A stretch of DNA of 63,903 nt, filler included, from Octopus bimaculoides (lineage: Eukaryota), in the NCBI RefSeq assembly GCF_001194135.2. It is 5 parts of 4 records of this genome, joined end to end, with 100 filler letters (N's around TTAATTAATTAA, not from the genome) between each part and the next. Parts side by side here need not be neighbours in the genome. Positions count along the whole stretch, not along the records: positions 34,353 to 55,567 come from NC_068986.1; positions 55,668 to 60,356 come from NC_068982.1; positions 60,457 to 63,903 come from NC_068982.1; 2 more parts are not named here. One strand, written 5' to 3'. The position numbers and the translations under genes are program-made. The notes below the pieces were generated by a model. The model saw nothing but the letters and a program-made list of their open reading frames with translations, was not told the origin of the DNA and did not search any database. Below, one piece after another: positions 49,998-63,146 of the stretch. How positions within the stretch are numbered: position 1 is the first letter of the stretch; the number at the start of each line of letters is the position of its first letter.

Positions 49998-50930
49998 GAG
50001 TACTTCCTATGTTTTCTGATGAAATCAAATTCAATCAATACATTTTCCGTCCAGCTCACTTTTTGGTTTTTGACACACCGTACATTCCTAACTGCTTTCT
50101 CGTTACTTCTCAAACATCTGGATTTACTTATAGCAGTGTAAATTACAAATAAATCATTTCCCATTCCTGCCACTTCATATGTAAGGTGAAAAGATTCGAT
50201 CTCTTCTATGCTGACTTCCCCGAGTTAGTGATCAAGCAGATACATAGGTACTTTAATTTATTTTTAAATTGCAGGCTCATTTCAGATGAGTTATTCATTT
50301 GTTTCTTTTGCAAGGTGAGAGAAAGAGAAATCAAGCTTGAAAGTTAAATACACGTTAAGAAAATGAAATACACTTAATATTTAATTGGATTTAATTAGAC
50401 TTCAACTGCGATACTGACTGTATTAATATTCGTAAACAAGACAGTTTTGACGTTGTTGTGTCTCGTCAGTAGATTAGTTACGTTAAATTTGATAAAAATC
50501 GAAATATATATATAAATTGATACAAAAAGGTAGAAATATATTATATAAGGATGTGACGAAAGTAATTCATACATACATACATACATACATACATACATAC
50601 ATACACATAAAATTTATATGTACATTCACATACATATATATATGCATATGTATGTATATGTATATNNNNNNNNNNNNNNNNNNNNNNNNNNNNNNNNNNN
50701 NNNNNNNNNNNNNNNNNNNNNNNNNNNNNNNNNNNNNNNNNNNNNNNNNNNNNNNNNNNNNNNNNNNNNNNNNNNNNNNNNNNNNNNNNNNNNNNNNNNN
50801 NNNNNNNNNNNNNNNNNNNNNNNNNNNNNNNNNNNNNNNNNNNNNNNNNNNNNNNNNNNNNNNNNNNNNNNNNNNNNNNNNNNNNNNNNNNNNNNNNNNN
50901 NNNNNNNNNNNNNNNNNNNNNNNNNNNNNN

Positions 50931-51036
50931 GTAAGTCTAGTACTTATTCTATGTTCATTTTTACCGAACGGTTAAGTTACGCTTGACACATGCATCTGTT
51001 GTCAAGCGAAGGCACGGAACAAACACACACACAGAT

Positions 51037-51069
<33 letters not shown>

Positions 51070-51225
51070 CACACACACGTATATTTACGGCGGGCTTCTT
51101 TCAGTCAAATTCACTGACAAGGTTTTGGTCGGCCCGAGGCTATAGTAGAAGAAACTAGCCCAAGGTGCCACGCAGACGTACTGAAGCCGGAACTATGTGG
51201 TTGGGAAACAATCTTCTTACCACAC
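50931..51225 (-). mobile_element. SINE family B copy
   Basis: gtaagtctagtacttattctat...ccgaacggttaagttac...caaggttttggtcggcccgaggctatagtagaag...gccggaactatgtggttggg. Confidence 0.85.
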
Positions 51226-51234
51226 ACCCTCGCT

Positions 51235-51465
51235 GAGGGCGCATGGCTTACTGGTTAGGGTGTTGCACTTACGACCTGGCAATCCTGAGTACAATTCCTA
51301 GACCAGGTGATGCATTGCGTTCTAGAGCAAAAAGAAACACTTCATCTTACGTTGTTCTGCGTTCACTACGACACCTGAAGTGTGGTATACGGTGCCTCGG
51401 TTCAGACAAAGTCGATTTGCTGGAGCGAGGGAGCTAATGTGCGGCACGAACTTTTGATCATCATA
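51235..51465 (+). mobile_element. tRNA-derived SINE (family D-like head, different body)
   Basis: gagggcgcatggcttactggttagggtg...gagtacaattcctagaccagg..atgcattgcgttctagagcaaaaag.aacacttcatcttacgttg; homologous to the head at 62910-63020. Confidence 0.7.
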
Positions 51466-51867
51466 AACAAAATATTCATACAGGTCCTTCAGCCAAGGAT
51501 GAATACTCATCCGTCGTCTTTAGAGATAAACACACACAAAAAAAATACAATTCATATATTGGACAAACACGCATATATAGTACAACATACTGTCTCATTG
51601 TATCGTTGCCACTCACATAGTAACTAGGACAAACAGACACATACAGGTAGACAAAAATACAGAAAGAGATACGCATATTTATATTCATTAACATGTATCC
51701 CGACATACACAGATGTTTCTCTTTAATGTACATTCTCATACATTCATATATATTATAAACACTTTTTTACTCATCTTTATCTATATATATATATATGTAT
51801 GTATATGTAGGATTGATTCTTTTATAATTAACAACAAATGAGTGTTCAGTAAAATAAAACGTTAATC

Positions 51868-52600
51868 ATGTCTTATGGACGCGAATGTGTCTCTTGAGAG
51901 GCCTGCTGGTTCGTTGCAAACCTTTTGGCAAATGGAACAAATTGGGGACTCTTGAGTGTTTGTGGATCATTTATTATATCTTTTCTTCAGTGGACGGCTC
52001 GGCCTGCTTTGCTTCTTTCCACAAAACCACACCGACATGCAAGGTTTCCATTTAGAGAAGCAGTTTTTTCACCAGCGTGCTCTCGTGCGTGTACGACGTT
52101 GGTCCCAATGTTGGAGTCGATTTTGCTCAAATCTTTGAACCGAATAGAAGCAGGACTACCACTGGATCCTGCGTTCTGATGCTTTGTTTTCCCAGGAAGA
52201 AAACGGAATGCTGCGTCGCTACGGATTATCTTTCAGTTGGTTTTTGAAGCGCAAGAGTAGGCTTCCAAGTGACCTTTCTGTTCAGAATTGACTAAAGAGA
52301 AGTTGCTACGGAAATCTAATATCACGCATACGTGAGAGATGACCTGACCATCTAAGATGTATTTTGATGAGGATGGCTTCAGTACCTGATATTTTGCATT
52401 TTGATAATACCTCAACGTTATGAAATTGATCATTCGGGTTTATGTTGGAGATAGTACGCAAGCATTGCATGTGAAATGCGTGAAACTGGCTGATGTACAT
52501 TCAGTACAAAGTCCAAGATTCAGCACCATAAAGTAATATTGTCAATGCCACCTACTTATATGCATTAACTTTCACATTCTACGATACATCGTGACGGGTC
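51868..52600 (-). mobile_element. RTE (BovB-like) LINE 3' end
   Basis: LTILLYGAESWTLY*...FHAFHMQCLRTISNINPNDQFHNVEVLSKCKISGTEAILIKIHLRWSGHLSRMRDIRFP*QLLFS resembles LLYGSETW..FH.RCLR.IL.I.W.D...N.EVL..QLRW.GHV.RM.D.R.PK.LLY. C-terminal C2H2-like CSICQKVCNEPAGL.RHIRVH. Confidence 0.88.
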
Positions 52601-52608
52601 AAACTTTG

Positions 52609-52654
<46 letters not shown>

Positions 52655-53338
52655 GTGCATATATATATATATACGTGACTACAGGCCATTTCTCTCATCT
52701 CTGTCTCTTCTAGGTGCGACTTCCACTTAGCTAGGCGTCATACTACTCGCCTCGCGACATTTCTTAAAATCTATTCTACTGTTTTTCTCTTCTATTTATT
52801 CTTTCTTTTCCTTTCAAAATTTCTCATAGGCTTTACTCTTTACGATGCCTCTTGGCCTAATGGATCTTAATGTTTACTCTGTACGTCCACTCTGTCGTTG
52901 TTTGCTCGTCGTAAGCTATAACTCTCCACAAGTTTTATATTTTTCAAATTTCTTGATGTTGCTGTTTTATCAAGGTTTCCTCTCCTTTCGTTGAAAGCTC
53001 AAAATAGGGAGTAATTAACACTCGACAATTGTCCTGTCAAAGGTCACCTTTATCGTGTATAAATACGTAAATTGTTTATAAGCTATTATATTTCAAAATA
53101 TGTTGCTTCTTGACTTCATTACGCATGCTAACCACTAGCATGAAGATTTTTCTAAATTTTCTAGCCTTGCTATTGTCACAGTGTGTGTATATATATANNN
53201 NNNNNNNNNNNNNNNNNNNNNNNNNNNNNNNNNNNNNNNNNNNNNNNNNNNNNNNNNNNNNNNNNNNNNNNNNNNNNNNNNNNNNNNNNNNNNNNNNNNN
53301 NNNNNNNNNNNNNNNNNNNNNNNNNNNNNNNNNNNNNN

Positions 53339-53372
<34 letters not shown>

Positions 53373-53935
53373 TTATCTATTTATTCATATATATATACAG
53401 AGGCTTTCAACCTACATACGTACTCACCCATTGAATTTAACGTCAGTATGTACGTCAGTCACACACATTCACACCAGCATATTAACATATGCACTATCAT
53501 ATTAAACACTCTTAGCTCACAAACTCACACACACAAGCTACATTTCTCTCTCGTTATCTATAATATGAATCTATCAAAACTTTTAATTTCAGTTACTAAT
53601 TTCATTAAATCTGTTCGAAATACTTTTTTGTAAAATTCCTGTAAATATAGGTCTATATATATGCACGTAATAGTATATATATAGATGTATATAAGTATAC
53701 ATCAGTGTGTGTGTGTATACATAGGAGGTATTTATTATAGCTTGTGAAAATTATTCCATTGATTTCTTTCGCTTTTAGAATCATTTTTATATCTTCATCG
53801 GTTTTCTCCTTCATTTCTGATTTTTTGTACTCCTCCCGTAGGTCTCCTCTTTGAAGGTTTACTTCAGAATATTTATTGTTTGTAGTCTTTTTTAATGAAA
53901 TTTATCATTATTATTGAATCACCATGGACAGGAAG

Positions 53936-53976
<41 letters not shown>

Positions 53977-54086
53977 ATATATATACATATATATATATAT
54001 ATTTATATATATATATCCAAGTGCATACATACGTACTCGTACACGTGCATATATAAATATGTGGTACACAGTAAGATAATAGGTAC

Positions 54087-54121
<35 letters not shown>

Positions 54122-54354
54122 CATACATACATATATATANNNNNNNNNNNNNNNNNNNNNNNNNNNNNNNNNNNNNNNNNNNNNNNNNNNNNNNNNNNNN
54201 NNNNNNNNNNNNNNNNNNNNNNNNNNNNNNNNNNNNNNNNNNNNNNNNNNNNNNNNNNNNNNNNNNNNNNNNNNNNNNNATATATATATATATATATATG
54301 TATTTACATACATATATAAATATGCATACATCCACACACATGTATGTGTTTCTG

Positions 54355-54382
54355 AGAGAGAGAGAGAGGGAGAGAGGGAGAA

Positions 54383-54441
<59 letters not shown>

Positions 54442-54452
54442 AAGAGTCAGAG
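54355..54452. repeat. (AG)n microsatellite; another at 60457-60524
   Basis: Directly visible. Confidence 0.95.
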
Positions 54453-55519
54453 AGGAGCGCGTTTGATAAAGAAATGCAGTGATAATAAATGAAGAAGTGT
54501 AGGTGCTAGAAAAAGATTTTGTCCTTATTTAGCATTCACACAACTAATATTCCATTTTATAGCACATATTTTGGATTCAAGTGATACATTAAACATGATC
54601 AACAACTACAGCATGAACATCAATCACATCAATAGAAACATTAAACAAGTAAATAAATATGAAAAGAAAAGAAACATAAAGAACTACAAGAAATAGAATC
54701 AAAAAAATAATTCCAAATGTAACAAGAATCATAACGTAAAAGCTTGAGCTGGAACGTTAAAGCAAGCATATTTGAAATAAAAATAAAATGAAATATAATA
54801 ACATAATAAAATATTATAAAATAATTGAATAAATTCAGGAGAAAAAAAATAATTCTAAAGAATTATGGCATTAAGAATAAAACATAAAAATTGAAAGACA
54901 AAGAAAGACAGGAAACATATCTGGAAAGACGGTATTGCATCTAGTTCTTCAAATCTTAAATCTGATATTGACACGTCTTCAGTCAACTATTTTAAAATAT
55001 GTTATCACATTTTTTATCATTTTCAAAGAGTGTCCTTATTTTTTCCCCGCCTTATAATTATAAGATTCTGTTTAATTATTTTTTGTTTAAACTTCTTAAA
55101 ATTATTTGTTTTAAATATTTCTATTCCATTTTCAAATTTTAATCTTGTTTTGATTTTGTTAATGATTAAATGACAATTTTTTTTTTGCCATTATCAACGA
55201 AATTTAATGCATTTTATGATTTTTTAAATAACATTATGTGCATTAATAAAAAAAATATATTATAAATATTAATATACAGATGTGTACAAATAAACAGCGA
55301 AAAACTGTGCAGGCATCGACATGCATTTATACAGCCACACACAAAAACACACAACATGAGATATTCATAAACATATATTGACATATGTAATGAAGTGAAT
55401 AATATGATTATACAGTGTAACAACACATGCGCATATGCGCTTTTGTATGAATGAATATATGTAAGCACATGTAAATAAGCACACACAGCGATACTTACAC
55501 ATATATATGATTACACACG

Positions 55520-55567
<48 letters not shown>

Positions 55568-55704
55568 NNNNNNNNNNNNNNNNNNNNNNNNNNNNNNNNN
55601 NNNNNNNNNNNTTAATTAATTAANNNNNNNNNNNNNNNNNNNNNNNNNNNNNNNNNNNNNNNNNNNNGTTATATAAATAAATAAAACATTGTATTTGATA
55701 TATT

Positions 55705-55915
55705 CTTTTCTACCCTAGGCACAAGGCACGAAATCATTGCGGAGTGGGCCAGTCGATTAGATCGACTCCAGTATGCAACTGGTATTTAACTTATCGACCC
55801 CGAAATGACGAAAGGCAAAGTCGACCTCGGCGAAATTTGAACTCAGGACGCAACGACAGACGAAATAATGCTAAGCCTTTCGCTCGCGCGGCGTGCTAAC
55901 ATTTCTGCCAGATCG
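55705..55915 (-). mobile_element. SINE family A, best-preserved copy
   Basis: Minus-strand head gatctggcagaaatgttagcacgccgcgcgagcgaaaggcttagc...gtcctgagttcaaatttcgccgaggtcgactttgcctttc has A-box-like and B-box-like (GAGTTCAAAT) motifs. The tail is ...ttgtgcctagggtagaaaagaat. Confidence 0.9.
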
Positions 55916-56744
55916 TCGACTTTGTATTTGAAACGTTCACGCCAAGGTAGCTGATCGGAGTGGTATGCTTTATACATACACGAAATGCACAAACACACAC
56001 ACACATACATTTGTGTGTATATGTATATATACAGATGTGTGTGTGTATGTGTATGTAAATTTACACTCACACGTTCGCTCGCAGACATGTGCATACACAA
56101 ACTCATACGCACTCACACATACACACTGTCATATTTCATTAACTGGACGCGTAAAATACATTTCGTTAGATTCAAATACAATTCAAATACAATTCTATGA
56201 GAAATTTCTAATTTTCTATTTCACTTTATATTTTAATCATAAAAATGTCATTTGAATTCGGTTTAAATTGCAAAATTCACATATCAAAACGGAAATGACA
56301 TCTCTGAATGCTTCATCTTTGAAACGTGGACATATATAAGAACACAACGAAAATAACCAAAATAATTGTATAGGATACTTACAAAACCCGTGTGCAGAAA
56401 ACTCTGAAGTTATATAATTAGTTTTAATAGATATATGAATAAGTATCTAATGCATATTGCTCCCAAATTGCGTCCTATGAGCATGTACTGTTATTATACA
56501 TGGACACCAATCTCGACGTATAATAAGATATAGTAGATGGGAGAATTTCAACCATCTTGCATTTTACAAATGACAGTAATGCCATAATTTAAAAATTGTG
56601 AATATATGATTATATATGAAAGGTTTCATTCCATGTAAATTTTAAGCATACACAAGCACAGGCAGTCCCGTACATATGTCTGTTTAGGTGTATATATACA
56701 AACACACGCAGACAAACACACACAGATATATATGTATGCATATA

Positions 56745-56797
<53 letters not shown>

Positions 56798-57108
56798 NNN
56801 NNNNNNNNNNNNNNNNNNNNNNNNNNNNNNNNNNNNNNNNNNNNNNNNNNNNNNNNNNNNNNNNNNNNNNNNNNNNNNNNNNNNNNNNNNNNNNNNNNNN
56901 NNNNNNNNNNNNNNNNNNNNTGTATATATATATATGTATATACATATATATATATATATTTCGTATGTGTATTTCGTGTGCAAGATTCTTGATGTGGATA
57001 CGTGTGTTGAAAGAAATACAATTAAACCTTGCGTGTGTTTATTACCGGCATAATGCCTCTCCCAAGGTTTAATTGCATATATATATGCATATGTACGTAC
57101 GTATCTGT

Positions 57109-57142
<34 letters not shown>

Positions 57143-57404
57143 TGTATGTATATGTATGTATGTATGTATATATGTATGCATATGTGTCTTCTACATATGA
57201 ATATATGCATATATATGTATTTATATATGTGTATATGTCTCTGAATGTACTCACACTTATTGTTTATTTTTTATACGTAGGTCTATGTAAAAGCATTTTA
57301 ACATTGAACTAAAACATTACCCAATACGTTTGAGTACAGTATATGTTCATTAAAGTTTTGTATGGAGAGATAAAGAGTGACTTCGAAGTTTCGATTTGGC
57401 GTGT

Positions 57405-57590
57405 GTGTGTGTGTGTGCGCGCGTTTGTCTTTGCGTCCGTGTTTCTCCCTACACCGGCTGACAACCGGTTGTGGTTTACGTCCCTGTAATTTAGCCTCTC
57501 AGCTAAAACGTATGTTATAAGTACGAAGCTTAAAAGACCATCATTGATATCGTTCGCATTGACTAAAACATTTTACGGCTGAGCTCCAGA
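57405..57590 (+). mobile_element. SINE family B, diverged 3' half
   Basis: ccgtgtttctccctacaccggctgacaaccggttgtggtttacgtccctgtaatttagc. Confidence 0.55.
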
Positions 57591-59815
57591 GATAAATAAA
57601 AGGCACACGCACGCACGCAGCCCCACCCCCCACACACGCACGAACACACTTACACATGTTTGTATGTATATCATTGTTCAGTCTTATTTCGACGGATTTC
57701 ATCATAGAGTATCCTAGCTAATACATCAGACAACTGCTTATGATGTGGGTGACATCTTCAATGTTAGCTCTAGTATGTATGCATGCATGCATGTATGTAT
57801 GTATATATGTATTTATGTATGTATGTATGTATGTATGTATGTATGTGTGTATACGTGCAGATTTGTGTGTTTTGCTGTGTGCATGTTTTCTTGCATATGT
57901 AGACATGCTCATATATACTTAAATGGTAATCTTTAGCAACGCTTTACAGACTTTTACTGTTCCAGTGATGGATAGGATATGTAGTCTTCGAATCAGCTTT
58001 CTCTCTGGTTTTTAGAAGCCTAATTCCTCAAGAGTTAGACAGTTTGTTACATATCTCTGTGCCCCAGTAACATGAACTTGTAGTCTGTATGTATGTATAT
58101 ATATATATACATATATATNNNNNNNNNNNNNNNNNNNNNNNNNNNNNNNNNNNNNNNNNNNNNNNNNNNNNNNNNNNNNNNNNNNNNNNNNNNNNNNNNN
58201 NNNNNNNNNNNNNNNNNNNNNNNNNNNNNNNNNNNNNNNNNNNNNNNNNNNNNNNNNNNNNNNNNNNNNNNNNNNNNNNNNNNNNNNNNNNNNNNNNNNN
58301 NNNNNNNNNNNNNNNNNNNNNNNNNNNNNNNNNNNNNNNNNNNNNNNNNNNNNNNNNNNNNNNNNNNNNNNNNNNNNNNNNNNNNNNNNNNNNNNNNNNN
58401 NNNNNNNNNNNNNNNNNNNNNNNNNNNNNNNNNNNNNNNNNNNNNNNNNNNNNNNNNNNNNNNNNNNNNNNNNNNNNNNNNNNNNNNNNNNNNNNNNNNN
58501 NNNNNNNNNNNNNNNNNNNNNNNNNNNNNNNNNNNNNNNNNNNNNNNNNNNNNNNNNNNNNNNNNNNNNNNNNNNNNNNNNNNNNNNNNNNNNNNNNNNN
58601 NNNNNNNNNNNNNNNNNNNNNNNNNNNNNNNNNNNNNNNNNNNNNNNNNNNNNNNNNNNNNNNNNNNNNNNNNNNNNNNNNNNNNNNNNNNNNNNNNNNN
58701 NNNNNNNNNNNNNNNNNNNNNNNNNNNNNNNNNNNNNNNNNNNNNNNNNNNNNNNNNNNNNNNNNNNNNNNNNNNNNNNNNNNNNNNNNNNNNNNNNNNN
58801 NNNNNNNNNNNNNNNNNNNNNNNNNNNNNNNNNNNNNNNNNNNNNNNNNNNNNNNNNNNNNNNNNNNNNNNNNNNNNNNNNNNNNNNNNNNNNNNNNNNT
58901 GGTACATAACCTTATGCACCTATGATGATGTTTACAAATGAGAATTCGCACATTCTAAACAAAATAATACTCCCGATTTCTCCATCACATACACCTATAA
59001 ATACGCGCATGCGCCACCTCCATCCCCCACACGGACCCCCCCACACACACACACACGCACCTCACACACAGACACGCAAATGAGTGCACGTATCAATTAA
59101 CAATTTGACTCAAAAACCTTTGCTTTGTATTTTTGTGTTCTTTCTGAAACGAGATGTATTTTTGTGTCTGAAGTATTTTATTACTGGTGTAGGTCAACGT
59201 TTTATGCTAAATGTGGCTGTTCTTCTGTCGGAATCAAAGTAGCTGGCTCTTATGTTGTAGTTTTTTTATTCATGATAGCTTCTCGTTACCGGCCAATTAT
59301 AGTCAATTCTCTAGGCTGGAACGATGTATTCTGCATTGCTTTGGTGAGAAATGTCTGCCGAATTCAGCAAGATGAATGTGTCAGTACCTCTGAAATAATC
59401 GGAATGTTCAAGAAAGTGTTTTAATAAAGATTTATAATCAGCTAACAAAAATTCCCTGTACATTGAAAGTTTTGTAGATTTTCCCTTAATTTTTACTGAA
59501 ATTATTACAATTGATAAGGAAAGATTATGAAATCGTGTGGCTAAAACTAATTAATAAAGATTCTTTTCGCTGATGGCAAAGCATTTTTTGTCATAATGGA
59601 AAGTATAATGATATAACAAGTGCAGTCGTCTTGCTGCGACAAAAACGAAACTTTGGTGCTAGAAGAGTATAGGAAAGGGGAATTGGTCTGTAAGATCCAG
59701 ATTACAAGGAGTAGGATAATTAATAGTGTATTCTTTTGCGTCCATAGTACTTACTTCAATCTTATTTATTTTTCACTGGCTCCCCTCACTTCTGTGCATA
59801 TAATAATAATAATAA

Positions 59816-60356
59816 GAAGAAGAAGTTGAAAGAAACTTCTGGAAAGGAATCTGGAGTGATGAGAAACCATACAATGAAAATGCAGACTGGATCAAACACA
59901 CCTAAGATGCCTACAAAAATCTACAAGAACAGGTATGGGAAGACATCTCTGTCGCTGACCTAAGGAGGGCACTAACGAAGTCTCATAAGTGGAAATCCCC
60001 TGGTACTGATAGAGTACCAAATTGCTGGCTCTCATCACTCTCGTCCGTACACAACATCTTAGTAGTACTATTTAATAGTATTATGAAAGACCCAGAAAAA
60101 AACTCCCCATTGGATGGCAAATGGTATTACTTACCTCTTCCCGAAAAATAACGAAACCAAAGATCCAAAAAACTACCGGCCTATAACATGTTTGTCTACT
60201 ACCTATAAGATTTTGACATTTATTCTAGTGGAGAAAACATATACGTTTATGGAAGAGAATAACCTCTTTCCCACTGAACAAAAAGGATGCAGACGAGGCT
60301 CATACGGATGCAAAGATCAGCTCTTAATTAATCGCATGATCCTTGAGAACTGCCAT
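59816..60356 (+). mobile_element. R4/Dong-clade non-LTR retrotransposon, RT N-terminal fragment (5'-truncated, runs into a gap)
   Basis: EEVERNFWKGIWSDEKPYNENADWI...HKWKSPGTDRVPNCWL...(frameshift in an A run)...WMANGITYLFPKNNETKDPKNYRPITCLSTTYKILTFIL...FPTEQKGCRRGSYGCKDQLLIN; RT domains 0-2 of the R4/Dong type. Confidence 0.9.
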
Positions 60357-60456
60357 NNNNNNNNNNNNNNNNNNNNNNNNNNNNNNNNNNNNNNNNNNNN
60401 TTAATTAATTAANNNNNNNNNNNNNNNNNNNNNNNNNNNNNNNNNNNNNNNNNNNN

Positions 60457-60521
<65 letters not shown>

Positions 60522-61320
60522 GAGATTTAGTGATCACTAATTAGATTTTCCTATTTTGAATTTAATGCAAGTGAAAGATAGCAAACATTACAACAGAACT
60601 AAATAAATGAATAAATAAAGAAATAAGTAAATAAACAAATAAATAAATAAATAAATAAACGTGAGCAAAATCCAGATTGAATACACGTGACCGCGATATG
60701 TTAAGTTCAGCCTTACTTTAAGTAAATTCCATCTATATTCAGCAAAAATTTTATTTCGTTTTTAAAATTGCTTTACGCTTCGCTTCGTGGTTTCTTGGAG
60801 CATAACGCATTATTACCCACAAGGCGTTTATAGATATAGCCATGCGTCCCTCTTTTCGCTTACTAATGTATATGTTTCTGTTCAAACTGGTTTTGACGCT
60901 TACGTAAGTATTCTTCATAAAACTATTCCGAGACTAATTATTCCATCATTTGTTTTATTTCAACCGTGAAATGTAAACATATATGTGACTACGAGGGATC
61001 TCATTGTTTCAGTAGATTTTCTTTTCTCTGTATTTTCTCGTTTTGTTTTTGCGATTGTGTGAGTAGGAATGTAATCTACTTAAAAGTATAACTGTGTGTG
61101 TGTGTGTGTGTGGATACACGAACTGAGAAAAAAGAGAAATCAATACCTGGCGTGGAGTATATTTGTGTATTTCAAACTGATGATTCACTTAGACGCTACT
61201 CTGAATATCGCATTGCGTAAAATTCTGAACAGTGACATAAGTGATGGATCATCAGCTTCGAACGAATACATACATACATACATACATACACACACGCACG
61301 CACATACACACGCATATATA

Positions 61321-61356
<36 letters not shown>

Positions 61357-62337
61357 NNNNNNNNNNNNNNNNNNNNNNNNNNNNNNNNNNNNNNNNNNNN
61401 NNNNNNNNNNNNNNNNNNNNNNNNNNNNNNNNNNNNNNNNNNNNNNNNNNNNNNNNNNNNNNNNNNNNNNNNNNNNNNNNNNNNNNNNNNNNNNNNNNNN
61501 NNNNNNNNNNNNNNNNNNNNNNNNNNNNNNNNNNNNNNNNNNNNNNNNNNNNNNNNNNNNNNNNNNNNNNNNNNNNNNNNNNNNNNNNNNNNNNNNNNNN
61601 NNNNNNNNNNNNNNNNNNNNNNNNNNNNNNNNNNNNNNNNNNNNNNNNNNNNNNNNNNNNNNNNNNNNNNNNNNNNNNNNNNNNNNNNNNNNNNNNNNNN
61701 NNNNNNNNNNNNNNNNNNNNNNNNNNNNNNNNNNNNNNNNNNNNNNNNNNNNNNNNNNNNNNNNNNNNNNNNNNNNNNNNNNNNNNNNNNNNNNNNNNNN
61801 NNNNNNNNNNNNNNNNNNNNNNNNNNNNNNNNNNNNNNNNNNNNNNNNNNNNNNNNNNNNNNNNNNNNNNNNNNNNNNNNNNNNNNNNNNNNNNNNNNNN
61901 NNNNNNNNNNNNNNNNNNNNNNNNNNNNNNNNNNNNNNNNNNNNNNNNNNNNNNNNNNNNNNNNNNNNNNNNNNNNNNNNNNNNNNNNNNNNNNNNNNNN
62001 NNNNNNNNNNNNNNNNNNNNNNNNNNNNNNNNNNNNNNNNNNNNNNNNNNNNNNNNNNNNNNNNNNNNNNNNNNNNNNNNNNNNNNNNNNNNNNNNNNNN
62101 NNNNNNNNNNNNNNNNNNNNNNNNNNNNNNNNNNNNNNNNNNNNNNNNNNNNNNNNNNNNNNNNNNNNNNNNNNNNNNNNNNNNNNNNNNNNNNNNNNNN
62201 NNNNNNNNNNNNNNNNNNNNNNNNNNNNNNNNNNNNNNNNNNNNNNNNNNNNNNNNNNNNNNNNNNNNNNNNNNNNNNNNNNNNNNNNNNNNNNNNNNNN
62301 NNNNNNNNNNNNNNNNNNNNNNNNNNNNNNNNNNNNN

Positions 62338-62368
<31 letters not shown>

Positions 62369-62909
62369 TATAAAGCAAAGCTATTTTATTCCATACGGGT
62401 AGAAATATAGGAAAATGCAGTGAGAATAGTTGAAATATATTAGTAAAACATATTTTAACTTTTGTCAGTGCATTTTGAACTTATATTTTTCCTATATATA
62501 TAGAAAGAGAGAGAGAGAGACAGAGAGAGGGGGAGAGGGAGAGAGAGATAAATACATACAGACATACATACATAAACTAAAATGCGTACATGTACGTATG
62601 TATGTATGTATGTATGTATGTAAGAAGGTTACTATTACAATATTACGAGACGTTCAAAAACATAGGAGCGTGTTAAATGTAGACTTGCTAATTTTTCAAT
62701 GCTATTTAATGCTAGTGAAAGTATCAGTAACTTTTGAACCAATTCTGTATGTATGGAGATATATAAGCTCCACCTCTGTACAGACAGTATGTTAATGGCC
62801 AAAATATAAAGGTTCAACTTATTACACTCTCTTACTCTCAACAGTTATATTGTTTATAAACTCACCATTACTAAAGGCTTATGTAAGAATATTATATATA
62901 TATATATAA

Positions 62910-63146
62910 GTGGAGGCGCGTGGCTTAGTGGTTAGGTTGTAAGGACCATGATTGTAAGATTGTGGTTTCGATTCCTTGACTGGGCGACGCACTGTGTTCT
63001 TGAGCAAAACACTTCATTTCACGTTGCTCCAGTCCACTCAGCTGGCAAAAATGAGTAACGCTGCGATGGACTGGGGAGCACATGCGCCATTGAAACCAGG
63101 AAACCGGGCCCATGAGCCTGGCTAGGCTTTAAAAGGGCGCATTTAT
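62910..63146 (+). mobile_element. tRNA-derived SINE family D
   Basis: gtggaggcgcgtggcttagtggttagg (A box), ggtttcgattcc (B box), then core gttgctccagtccactcagctggcaaaaatgagta. Confidence 0.85.

Noticed and set aside
54540-54990. A-rich stretch with a faint hAT-like FIAHILDS motif
   Set aside because: Low complexity, and the downstream hAT dimerisation motifs could not be found.
59125-59424. 99-aa ORF in non-repetitive DNA
   Set aside because: TTG start, Cys/Val/Phe-rich random composition and no motif on either strand.
425-62410. Long ORFs rich in YI/HT/CV/X in the supplied track
   Set aside because: These are translations of (TA)n, (CA)n and (TATG)n tracts and N gaps, with no coding signal.
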